DNA of 19,584 nucleotides from Candidatus Krumholzibacteriia bacterium (GTDB lineage: Bacteria; Krumholzibacteriota; Krumholzibacteriia; LZORAL124-64-63), in assembly GCA_036351155.1 (NCBI GenBank), contig JAZBOO010000133.1:1-19584 (forward strand), written 5' to 3'. A model generated the notes under the pieces. That model did no database searches, had not been told where the DNA came from, and saw only the letters and a list, made by a program, of their open reading frames with translations. Shown in pieces: positions 8,075-16,259 of the stretch (within the stretch, counting starts at the first letter, position 1; every line of letters begins with the position of its first letter). The translations under genes and the position numbers were made by a program.

Positions 8075-8151
8075 TGCGGGGACCGGGAAGATCCGGGATG
8101 GCGTTGGGCGAGAGCCGACTCTGGTTAGAACCGGTCCCCGCATGATTTTTT
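8075..8151 (+). other. Long-range stem-loop followed by a U tract (attenuator/terminator-like)
   Basis: TGCGGGGACCGG (8075-8086) is the exact reverse complement of CCGGTCCCCGCA (8131-8142), followed by TGATTTTTT. Confidence 0.5.
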
Positions 8152-8178
8152 GGAGGGTGTTGAAGGACGGATCGAGTC

Positions 8179-8577
8179 ATGGCAGGCCACATTTCTGAAG
8201 ATCAAATAAAAAAAATAATTATCATTTTTGCCGAGAGCGGCTTGCTGGCGGGGGATCTGGCAGCATGGCTCTCGGCAAAATTTTTGGTCAAAAGGGTGAC
8301 CACCGAGGCGCGGTTGCACCAGGCCTTGCTGGACCCGGTGGCCGCACTGATCATCGTCCAGGAAAACACACCCCAGCCCAGCGAAGAATGTCTCCAGGTA
8401 CTCAAATCGGTGATCCAGGAGCCGCGGTCCCCCGCGTTTCGGATTCTGCTGGTGGGGATTGATCCGGCCCTGTTGCCGCCCTTCTGGCGTGGGTTGGTCA
8501 CCTGTTTGCCTGCTGTCCCTGGACCCCAGGACATTCTGACGGCTCTCAAAATTTCACCAAGGGAAGCCGAAGCCTGA
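8179..8577 (+). CDS. Hypothetical protein, degenerate receiver (CheY-like) fold
   Basis: 132 aa with AAGGA/GGA SD-like sequence upstream. Alternating beta/alpha pattern (IIIIFAES, FLVKRV, AALIIVQ, FRILLVG, CLPAVP) in receiver-domain order, but no canonical Asp or Lys. Confidence 0.5.
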   Translation: MAGHISEDQIKKIIIIFAESGLLAGDLAAWLSAKFLVKRVTTEARLHQALLDPVAALIIVQENTPQPSEECLQVLKSVIQEPRSPAFRILLVGIDPALLPPFWRGLVTCLPAVPGPQDILTALKISPREAEA

Positions 8578-8583
8578 CCGGGC

Positions 8584-10023
8584 TCAGCCCGTGGTGACCG
8601 GCATGCCCATCAAGGGCCACACCTTCCAGACAAACAACGTCAAAACCGCCATCAGCAAGATCGAAGCAGGAATGCCCGCAAGGAAAAATTCACGCGTACG
8701 GAACTGGTGGCTTTCGTAGGCGATGGCATTGGGCGCCGCGCCCACCAGCAGCATGAAGGGCATGCCGGCGGCGGCCAGGGAGGCGAACATCACGATCTCC
8801 GGACTGACTCCCAGGTGGGGTGCCATGACCAGGGCCACGGGCATGGTGATGGCGATGGCGGCGACGTTCATGATGAAGTTGGTCATGATCAGCACGAAGA
8901 AAGCCACCCCCATGATGAATGCCAGCCAGGACGCGTCTTGCAGCAGCCCCAGCCAGCCGATGGCCAGCCACTCGGCGGCCCCGGTTTGCCACAGGCAAAA
9001 CCCGATGCTCATGGCTCCCCCGAACAGCAGTACGATGTTCCAGGGAACATTTTCCAGGTCCTTGATGTCCAGGATGTTCAGGAGGAAGAAGAGGAAGCCC
9101 ATGGCCAGGATGATGGCGCTCTTGGGGTAGGGCTGCATGGCGGGCACGAAGGACCTGAGGCTCAGGATGACCATCAGGGACAGGACGATGACCAGCGTCA
9201 AGATCTCCTTGCGCGTCATGGGGCCCAGCGCGGCATACATGGTGGCGGCTTTTTCACGCAGGCCTGGCAGGGTGGCCTTCTCTGGCTTGAAGACCACGCA
9301 AATGTATCCCCAGAGCAGCACCACCATGAGCACACCCAGGGGCAGCATGAAGCGGCTCAGCTCGAAGAAGGTGATCTCCTCGCCCGTCAATTCCCGGTAG
9401 AAACCCAGGGCCACGGCTCCGCGGGCGGCGCCCAGCAGGGTGATGATGCTGCCGGCGCCGGCGGTGTAGGCCATGCCGATGAACAGCCCCTTGCCGAAGC
9501 GCGTGCGGCGGCCCCCCGGCTCGTACAGATTGTTGATCACCAGCAGGAGAGGAAACATGGCCGCAGCCACGGCGGTGTGGGCCATGAACAGGGTCAAGGT
9601 GGCCGTCATGACGAAGGCCCCCAGGTAGATCAGCACCGTGCGCTCGGAAATCCGGGTGAGCATGTTGAAGGCCAGCCGGCGGGTCAGTCCGGTCTTGGCG
9701 AAGGCCGCTCCGATGAGCAACGAACCGAAGATGAACCACACCGAGGGATCCATGTAGTCGGTCATGGCCGTGCGGTGGTCGCGGATGAACCAGAGCGACT
9801 GGACCACCCCGATGCAGATCGCGGTCACGCCCACGGGAAACACCTCGAACACCCACCAGATGCCGGCCATCAGGAACAGGCCCAGCGCGGCCTTGGCCTC
9901 GTGGCTGAGGGCGAAGGTGGCGCCCTCGGGGTCGGTCACATCGGGCAGAGGAGGCAAAGAATAAAGGACCAGGAACAGGGCCAGACCCAGGATGAAAGGG
10001 ATGAGGCGTCGGGGATTACGCAT
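8584..10023 (-). CDS. SLC13/DASS family anion (dicarboxylate/sulfate) transporter
   Basis: 479 aa with many TM segments; WWVFEVFPVGVTA, GLTRRLA, VPWNIVLLFGGAMSIG, TNFIMN, PFMLLVGAAPNAIAY. Confidence 0.9.
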   Translation of the reverse strand: MRNPRRLIPFILGLALFLVLYSLPPLPDVTDPEGATFALSHEAKAALGLFLMAGIWWVFEVFPVGVTAICIGVVQSLWFIRDHRTAMTDYMDPSVWFIFGSLLIGAAFAKTGLTRRLAFNMLTRISERTVLIYLGAFVMTATLTLFMAHTAVAAAMFPLLLVINNLYEPGGRRTRFGKGLFIGMAYTAGAGSIITLLGAARGAVALGFYRELTGEEITFFELSRFMLPLGVLMVVLLWGYICVVFKPEKATLPGLREKAATMYAALGPMTRKEILTLVIVLSLMVILSLRSFVPAMQPYPKSAIILAMGFLFFLLNILDIKDLENVPWNIVLLFGGAMSIGFCLWQTGAAEWLAIGWLGLLQDASWLAFIMGVAFFVLIMTNFIMNVAAIAITMPVALVMAPHLGVSPEIVMFASLAAAGMPFMLLVGAAPNAIAYESHQFRTREFFLAGIPASILLMAVLTLFVWKVWPLMGMPVTTG

Positions 10024-10056
10024 GGAGCCTGGCAGCGGATTGGGTCATCTGGGTCC

Positions 10057-10947
10057 TCATGGTGCAGCGCGCCGAACAGTCAGCACTGGAAATTCGAATT
10101 CTTCGCCCGCCTGGGCAATGGGCTCGTGAAACATGGGGTCCACCAGGCCGGCGTCCCTCAGGGCCGCGACCAGTTCCTCTTCGGTCCAGGCGAAATGGCA
10201 TTGTTGATACCGGTCGAGCTTACCCGAATCCAGGTCAAGTATCCAGTGGACATGAACTTCGGCACATTCCTGGGCATCCCAACCGAATTCCTGCAACCAG
10301 AGATGAGGCGTGTCACAGAACACCGACTGCTGCTCCCAGGACCACTCGGTGGCGTCTTCCTGGACGAACAGGTCCCAGGGCTGGTACTCGAGAAAGAAGG
10401 TTCCGCCGGGGCGCAGGCAGGCCGCCAGCCGGGGCAGGAAATCGCGGGCCTGCTCCCGCCGAAAGCTGTGGAATTCCCCGAACCAGAAAGTGATCGCGTC
10501 GACAGGTCCCACCTGCCGGGGCAAGTCATCGGGCAGGGCGGTCAGGTCCATTTCCAGAAACGTGCAGTCCAGGCCACGCCGCTGGGCCTCCTGGCGGGCC
10601 CAGGTCAGGGCCTCGGGGGCAAAGTCGATTCCCGTGTTCCTGAAGCCCTGTTCAGCCAGGGGGAACTGGTACAGGCCGGGACCGCAGCCCACATCCAGGA
10701 TGTGGGTCTGGTCGGCGGGACGGCCGGTGGCACGGAGGTGGGCCGCCAGCCAGTCGGTGTGCTTCTGGATGACTTCGGGCTGTCGACTGGCCATGTGGGT
10801 GGTGGGGTCCAGATGGACCTCCAGCATCCGGGCGCTGAAGGCAGGATCGGACCAGGGGATCTGCTGCGGGCCGGCGTGGGCGCGCGGGGGGTGGGGGGCG
10901 CCGCCCATCTTGCGGAGGATCTGGTCGATGGGTGAAGATGGATTCAT
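10057..10947 (-). CDS. Class I SAM-dependent methyltransferase
   Basis: Motif I ILDVGCGPG, GIDFAPEAL, LRPGGTFFLE. Start placed at ATG 10947 (GGGAG upstream) because the ORF extension to 11166 runs through the DnaA-box region. Confidence 0.88.
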   Translation of the reverse strand: MNPSSPIDQILRKMGGAPHPPRAHAGPQQIPWSDPAFSARMLEVHLDPTTHMASRQPEVIQKHTDWLAAHLRATGRPADQTHILDVGCGPGLYQFPLAEQGFRNTGIDFAPEALTWARQEAQRRGLDCTFLEMDLTALPDDLPRQVGPVDAITFWFGEFHSFRREQARDFLPRLAACLRPGGTFFLEYQPWDLFVQEDATEWSWEQQSVFCDTPHLWLQEFGWDAQECAEVHVHWILDLDSGKLDRYQQCHFAWTEEELVAALRDAGLVDPMFHEPIAQAGEEFEFPVLTVRRAAP

Positions 10948-10960
10948 GACGGCCGGCTCC

Positions 10961-11136
10961 CGGGGATAACTTGGGCTTGTTGCGAAAGGTCTTAGCTTGC
11001 TGAGGCCGGGATTATCCCCCGGAGCGGGGTAGTTTTCCACAAGATTTCCCCATTGGAAGGCCATGTGTCCCCTGCTGTTCCCCAGTCTGGAGGAAATTGT
11101 CCCCCGGTTATCCACAGGATTGTCCGGTTCTCCGCA
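10961..11136. promoter_or_regulatory. DnaA-box cluster upstream of dnaB
   Basis: TTATCCACA (11108-11116) and TTTTCCACA (11033-11041) match TTWTNCACA. Degenerate boxes at 11012, 11044, 11065, 11076, 11097 and 11128, plus one reverse box at 10961. Confidence 0.75.
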
Positions 11137-11211
11137 GACCCGAGGTGGGGATCGGGGCGTGTTCATGATATTTTGATCTCTTACCCCTTTGCCCTACCCT
11201 GAGGAGACAAA

Positions 11212-12633
11212 TTGGAAGGCCGCACTCAACGCTCCGGCAGCTCAACGTACGGATATGACCGCCTGCCCAAGGATCGTCAGCCCCCCTTCAGTGAAGAGGC
11301 CGAACAGGCTGTCCTGGGCGCGGGCCTGCTGGACAAGGAGGCGGTGGGGCTGGCACGGGAGCATATCGATTTTCACGATTTCTACCGGCTGGAGCACCAG
11401 CTGATTTTCCGGGCCATGTGCCGTCTGTACGAGGAAGACCAGGCCATTGATCCCATCACCCTGAGCGATACCCTGCAGAAGGCCGGTCCCGACTTTCTGG
11501 GCCGGGACCGGGAAAAAGGTCTGAAGGATCGGGATCTGCTCGAAGCGGTGGGCGGCATGGACTTCCTCATCGACCTGGCGGGCATGATGGGCACGGCGGC
11601 CAACGTCACCTACCACGCGGGGATCGTGCGGGAAAAGGCGGTGCTGCGCAATCTCATCAGCGTCTCGACCAGCATCGCGGGTGAGGCCTACGAGGCGGCC
11701 GACGAGGCGGCCAGTATTCTGGACCGGGCCCAGGGCAAGATCTACGAGATCAGCGAGGACCAGCGTGCCGGCGGGTTTTCCGGGGTCGATGCGATCGTGC
11801 CGGAGACCTTCAAGTCCATCGAGGAAGCCTTCCAGAACAACGATGACGTGACGGGCCTGCGGACCGGATTCCGGGAGATGGACCTGCGCACCGGTGGGCT
11901 GCAGGATTCGGATCTGATCATCCTGGCCGCCCGGCCCTCCATGGGCAAGACCAGTTTCGCCCTGAACCTGGCCTACAACGTGGCGGTGCACGAGAAGAAG
12001 GGAGTGGGCCTGTTCAGCCTGGAAATGTCCAAGCAGCAGCTGGTCATGCGCATGCTGGGCAGCAGCGCCCAGTTCAACCTCCACAACCTGCGGCGCGGCA
12101 AGCTGCGCGCCGAGGACTGGCCGCGGCTGACGGCGGCCTGCGAGCAACTTTCCCAGGCCCCGATTTTCATCGATGATACCAGCGGCATCAACGTCCTGGA
12201 GATGAAGGCCAAGGCCCGGCGCCTCAAGCAGCAGCACGGGCTGGGGCTGATCATCATCGACTACCTGCAGCTGATGAGCGGGTCGGGCCGGACCGAGAAC
12301 CGGCAGCAGGAAATTTCGGTGATCAGCCGGAATCTCAAGGGTATGGCCAAGGACCTGAACGTGCCGGTGATCGCCTTGAGTCAGCTGAGCCGTGGGGTCG
12401 AATCGCGGGGGGATCACAAGCCCATGTTGAGCGATTTGCGGGAGTCCGGCGCCATCGAGCAGGATGCCGATGTGGTGTGCTTCATCTTCCGTGAAGAGGT
12501 CTACAAGCCCGAGGATGAGACGGTGCGCAACATGGCCACCATCATCATCGGGAAGCAGAGGAACGGGCCCATCGGCCAGTTCGACCTGCATTTCCACAAG
12601 GAATTCACCCGGTTTGCCGATCTGGCCAGATAA
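11212..12633 (+). CDS. dnaB: Replicative DNA helicase
   Basis: PPFSEEAEQAVLG, Walker A AARPSMGKT, FSLEMS, IIIDYLQLM, ALSQLSR, SDLRESGAIEQDAD, KQRNGP. TTG start with GAGGAG SD. No intein. Confidence 0.98.
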   Translation: MEGRTQRSGSSTYGYDRLPKDRQPPFSEEAEQAVLGAGLLDKEAVGLAREHIDFHDFYRLEHQLIFRAMCRLYEEDQAIDPITLSDTLQKAGPDFLGRDREKGLKDRDLLEAVGGMDFLIDLAGMMGTAANVTYHAGIVREKAVLRNLISVSTSIAGEAYEAADEAASILDRAQGKIYEISEDQRAGGFSGVDAIVPETFKSIEEAFQNNDDVTGLRTGFREMDLRTGGLQDSDLIILAARPSMGKTSFALNLAYNVAVHEKKGVGLFSLEMSKQQLVMRMLGSSAQFNLHNLRRGKLRAEDWPRLTAACEQLSQAPIFIDDTSGINVLEMKAKARRLKQQHGLGLIIIDYLQLMSGSGRTENRQQEISVISRNLKGMAKDLNVPVIALSQLSRGVESRGDHKPMLSDLRESGAIEQDADVVCFIFREEVYKPEDETVRNMATIIIGKQRNGPIGQFDLHFHKEFTRFADLAR

Positions 12634-12646
12634 GCGAGATAGCTGA

Positions 12647-13615
12647 ATGTTGAGGGGCATGATCACCGCGTTGCACTTGATTGACCTGGACCAGGAATTG
12701 CCCGGCCAGCGCCGCTTCATCAGCTGCTGGGTTGGGCAGACGGCCGATTTCAGCTTCATCGTGGATCCCGGGCCGCCGGCCACAGCCGCCCGCCTGATCG
12801 CTCAGCTGGAAGAGTGGCTGGCTCGCCAGGGGCTGGATCAGCTCGATCACATCCTGCTCACCCACATCCATCTGGACCACGGGGGAGCCACGGCGCAGAT
12901 CCTGGAGCGCTGGCCCCAGGCCCGCGTCATCTGCCACCCCAAGGGGCGCAGACATCTGATCGATCCGGTGCGCCTGTGGGAGGGATCGCGCCAGGTGCTG
13001 GGGCACAAGGCCGAGGTTTACGGAGAGCCGGATCCGGTTCCTGAAGCGGGCCTGGCCGCCGAAGATGCCCCCTTGCCGGCTGGCCTGCAGGTGGTGCCCA
13101 CGCCCGGCCACGCGTCGCATCATGTGGCCTTTGTCCTGGGTGAGCATCTGTTCCTGGGCGAAGCCGCCGGCACCTTCAGCACCCTCGGGCAGGGGCCCGA
13201 GGTGGTGGATTACTATCTGCGCCCCGCCACTCCGCCCCGGTTTTTCCTGCCGGTGGCCGCGGCCTCTCTGGATCGGTTGCTGGCGCTGAATCCCCTGCCC
13301 AGGCATCTCTGCTTTGCCCATCATGGGCTGTTTTCGGGAGATGTGCCGGCCTTGCTCCAGGCCGCCCGGGCTCAGCTGGACCTCTGGGTGAACACCATGG
13401 CCGGCTGGCTGGACAGGCACGCTCAGGGTGTGATTCCGGAGGCAGGCCCCCCTGCGGAGGCCATTCTCCCTGACCTGGCGGCGGAACTGGCCGTGAGGGA
13501 TCCGCATTTTGCACGCGGGGCCCGGTTGCCGGAGGACATCCGGGAACGAGAAGCGGATTTCACGCGGCAGACCTTGCGGGGCATGCTGGGGTATCTGCGA
13601 GAAAAACAAGGATAA
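12647..13615 (+). CDS. MBL-fold metallo-hydrolase
   Basis: VDPGP, THIHLDHGG (HxHxDH), TPGHASHH, CFAH. Start could also be ATG 12659. Confidence 0.9.
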   Translation: MLRGMITALHLIDLDQELPGQRRFISCWVGQTADFSFIVDPGPPATAARLIAQLEEWLARQGLDQLDHILLTHIHLDHGGATAQILERWPQARVICHPKGRRHLIDPVRLWEGSRQVLGHKAEVYGEPDPVPEAGLAAEDAPLPAGLQVVPTPGHASHHVAFVLGEHLFLGEAAGTFSTLGQGPEVVDYYLRPATPPRFFLPVAAASLDRLLALNPLPRHLCFAHHGLFSGDVPALLQAARAQLDLWVNTMAGWLDRHAQGVIPEAGPPAEAILPDLAAELAVRDPHFARGARLPEDIREREADFTRQTLRGMLGYLREKQG

Positions 13616-13654
13616 CAACAGCTCATGGCCTGCTGGAGAAATGCCCCGCAGGCA

Positions 13655-13683
13655 TAGACTTCCCTTGCGGCAGAGGCTATATT
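13655..13683 (+). promoter_or_regulatory. Putative sigma70 promoter of the mlaE operon
   Basis: TAGACT (13655-13660), 17-bp spacer, TATATT (13678-13683), 9 nt before the ATG. Confidence 0.5.
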
Positions 13684-13692
13684 CGCACGATC

Positions 13693-14481
13693 ATGTTCCG
13701 CCCAATCACATTCCTCGGCCGCGCAGTGATCACGGCCCTGACCAGTGCAGGTCGGGGCACCGAGCTTTTGCGCCACATCCTCATGCAGCTCCCTGCTTCC
13801 TGGCACATGCGCAAGCAGATCATGGACGAGATGTACATCGTGTCCGTGGGCTCGCTGCCCCTGGTCATCGTCACCTCCGTGTTCGTGGGTGCCGTCACCG
13901 CCGTGCAGGCGGTTTACCAGATGCAAGCCTATGTGCCCATGAAGTTTCTGGGCGTGGTGATCTCCAAGTCGGTGTTCATCGAGCTGGGGCCGGTGCTGAT
14001 CGCCCTGGTGGTGGGCAGCCGCCTGTGCGCCAATTACGCGGCCGAACTGGGCACCATGAAGGTGACCGAGCAGCTCGATGCCATGAGCATCATGGCCATC
14101 GACCCGGTGCGCTATCTGGCCTTGCCCCGCTTCCTGGCGGGAGTGCTCATGTTTCCGGTCATCACCGTGTTTGCCGATACGGTGGCCATCGTGGGCGGGT
14201 ATCTGGTTTCCATCATGACGCTGGATGTCAGCAGCAGCACCTTCATCGAGGGGTTGCGGGCTTTCTACAAGCACAGCGATCTGATGGGCGGGCTCGTCAA
14301 GTCGGTCATTTTCGGCGGCATCATTTCCCTCAGTGGAATCTACTTCGGGTTCAACACGCAGGGCGGAGCCGAGGGCGTGGGCCGGGCCACCATGACTGCG
14401 GTGGTGGGAAGCTGCCTGAGCGTTCTGGTCGCGGATTACCTGCTGGCCATCATCCTCTTCCAGATCATTTTTCAGAAATAA
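13693..14481 (+). CDS. mlaE: MlaE family lipid ABC transporter permease
   Basis: ELGPVLIALVVGSR, AELGTMKVTEQLDAM, GGAEGVGRATMTAVV. Confidence 0.95.
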   Translation: MFRPITFLGRAVITALTSAGRGTELLRHILMQLPASWHMRKQIMDEMYIVSVGSLPLVIVTSVFVGAVTAVQAVYQMQAYVPMKFLGVVISKSVFIELGPVLIALVVGSRLCANYAAELGTMKVTEQLDAMSIMAIDPVRYLALPRFLAGVLMFPVITVFADTVAIVGGYLVSIMTLDVSSSTFIEGLRAFYKHSDLMGGLVKSVIFGGIISLSGIYFGFNTQGGAEGVGRATMTAVVGSCLSVLVADYLLAIILFQIIFQK

Positions 14482-14490
14482 GGGTCCGAC

Positions 14491-15303
14491 GTGAGTTTCG
14501 CCGCGAACATTCCCGATTTGCCTGACCTGAGGACGGACAATCCGGCCTCCTTTCAGGGTATTGTCATCGAGGGAATTTCCAAGAGCTTCGGGCCCAAGGT
14601 GGTGCTGGAGAAGACGGACCTGCTGATCAACAAGGGGGAAACCCTGGTGATCATCGGCCGTAGCGGTGAGGGAAAGTCGGTTCTGCTGAAGCATATTGTC
14701 AGGCTGCTGGAGCCGGATGAGGGGCAGATCTGGTGCGAGGGAACGGAGATCCACGGGCTGAATCGACGCGAGCTCATGGAGCTGCGCAAGCGCTTCGGTT
14801 TCCTGTTCCAGGGAGCCGCGCTTTTCGACAGCATGACCGTGTGTCAGAACGTCGGGTTCATGCTGGAGGAGCATTCCGGCTGGTCTGCCGAGCGCATCCG
14901 CGCCCGGGCCTGCGAGTGCCTGGCCATGGTGGGCCTGGAGAACGCCGAGGACAAGCTGCCCAGCGAGCTGTCCGGAGGCATGAAGAAGCGCGCGGGGCTG
15001 GCACGGGCCATCGTCATGAAGCCGCAGTACATTCTCTATGACGAGCCCACCACCGGGCTGGATCCGATCACCAGCGACACGATCAACGAGCTGATCGTCA
15101 AGTTGCAGCGGGAACTGGGGGTCACCAGCATCGTGGTCACGCACGACATGCCCAGCGCCTTCAAGATCGCCGACCGCATCGCCATGCTGTACCATGGCAA
15201 GATCGTTTTCGCTGGCACCGTGGACGAGGTACGCAACACCGACCATCCCATGGTGCGCCAGTTCATCGAAGGAAATAGCCAGGGCCCTCTGGGGGCCTTC
15301 TGA
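14491..15303 (+). CDS. mlaF: MlaF/Mkl family ABC ATPase
   Basis: Walker A GRSGEGKS, LFQGAALFDSMTV, PSELSGGMKKR, LYDEPTTGLDP, VTHD. Exact start uncertain. Confidence 0.95.
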   Translation: MSFAANIPDLPDLRTDNPASFQGIVIEGISKSFGPKVVLEKTDLLINKGETLVIIGRSGEGKSVLLKHIVRLLEPDEGQIWCEGTEIHGLNRRELMELRKRFGFLFQGAALFDSMTVCQNVGFMLEEHSGWSAERIRARACECLAMVGLENAEDKLPSELSGGMKKRAGLARAIVMKPQYILYDEPTTGLDPITSDTINELIVKLQRELGVTSIVVTHDMPSAFKIADRIAMLYHGKIVFAGTVDEVRNTDHPMVRQFIEGNSQGPLGAF

Positions 15304-15324
15304 TCGACCCAAGAGGTAGGGGCA

Positions 15325-16224
15325 ATGGCAGTGAACAGGGTTTTGAGTGAATTGCAGGTGGGCTTGCTGACCATCGCAGCGGTGGTCATCCTGATCACCG
15401 GAATGCTGTGGCTGAAGAACATCGATTTGACCAAGGGCTCCCTGGTCTATCAGGTGGACTTTTCCCGGGTCGAGGGCATGCAGGTGGGGGATCGGGTTCA
15501 GGTGCGTGGCATCCGGATGGGTGAAGTGAGCGGCATGACCATCATGCAGGAGTCGGTGCGCGTCGAGATCAAGCTCGAGGACGGGGTGGACCTGCGTGAG
15601 GACGCGCAGATCATCCTGGGCGAAAAAGGCATCGTCGGGGAAATTGTGCTGGAGATCGATCCGGGCACCGGCCCGGAGGTCAAGGAAGGGCACATTTTCA
15701 AGGGACGCACGGCCGGCACCATTGCCGCGATGACCGATGCCGCCGGATCCGCTCTCGCCGAGATGCGGATCCTGACCGGCAAGGTGAGCGAGCTGGTGGA
15801 GGAGGTCAAGAAGGAAGGCATGGTGGTCGAGACCTTGACCCAGGCCAACGAAACCCTGGCCAAGGTCGACGACATGATCGAGTCGAACCACAGCGATGTG
15901 AAAGTGATTCTGGAAAATGTGCTGGCCACCACCGAAGCATTGCGCACCTTGATGGAATCGGGCAAGCTCGACCGCATGGTCGACGGCACCAGCCAGACCA
16001 TGGCGCGGGCCGACAGCATGATGGTCACCCTGGGTACCTCGGTGGCCCGGCTGGATACGGTGATGGCCCTGATGACCGACGGCAACGGCACGGCGGCGAA
16101 GCTTTTGCACGACCCCATGCTTTACGACCGGGCTGACTCCACCCTGGCCTCGGTCAAGCGACTGGTGGATGCCATGCGGCGCAACCCCAAACGATTTGTG
16201 AAGTTGAACGTTGTTGATTTCTGA
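15325..16224 (+). CDS. mlaD: MlaD/MCE family protein with helical C-terminal extension
   Basis: N-terminal TM helix, MCE motif EGMQVGDRVQVRGIRMGEV, LEIDPG, long helical tail ending GTAAKLLHDPMLY...NPKRF. Confidence 0.92.
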   Translation: MAVNRVLSELQVGLLTIAAVVILITGMLWLKNIDLTKGSLVYQVDFSRVEGMQVGDRVQVRGIRMGEVSGMTIMQESVRVEIKLEDGVDLREDAQIILGEKGIVGEIVLEIDPGTGPEVKEGHIFKGRTAGTIAAMTDAAGSALAEMRILTGKVSELVEEVKKEGMVVETLTQANETLAKVDDMIESNHSDVKVILENVLATTEALRTLMESGKLDRMVDGTSQTMARADSMMVTLGTSVARLDTVMALMTDGNGTAAKLLHDPMLYDRADSTLASVKRLVDAMRRNPKRFVKLNVVDF

Positions 16225-16259
16225 GAGAGGAACCACTCGACCAACCGGAGGAAACCGCG

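Noticed and set aside
7826..8121. 10-bp inverted match GAGTCGGCTC (7826) / GAGCCGACTC (8112)
   Set aside because: Short, GC-rich and spans the predicted promoter; no target-site duplication or other MITE features, so probably chance.
8707..10935. 742-aa plus-strand ORF rich in H/G/Q/D
   Set aside because: Antisense to the DASS transporter and methyltransferase; its composition mirrors reverse-complemented hydrophobic codons.
11012..11136. 32-bp periodic region as a CRISPR array or plasmid iterons
   Set aside because: Only the 9-mer DnaA-box-like cores recur. There is no conserved long repeat and no rep or cas gene, and the context is chromosomal.
10948..11166. 73-aa N-terminal extension of the methyltransferase ORF
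   Set aside because: It runs through the DnaA-box array (translating as PVDN, LVEN, PGDN) and a better start with an SD exists at 10947.
13423..16236. 937-aa minus-strand ORF
   Set aside because: Antisense shadow of mlaE/F/D. No motifs, and stop-poor reverse frames are expected with high-GC codon bias.
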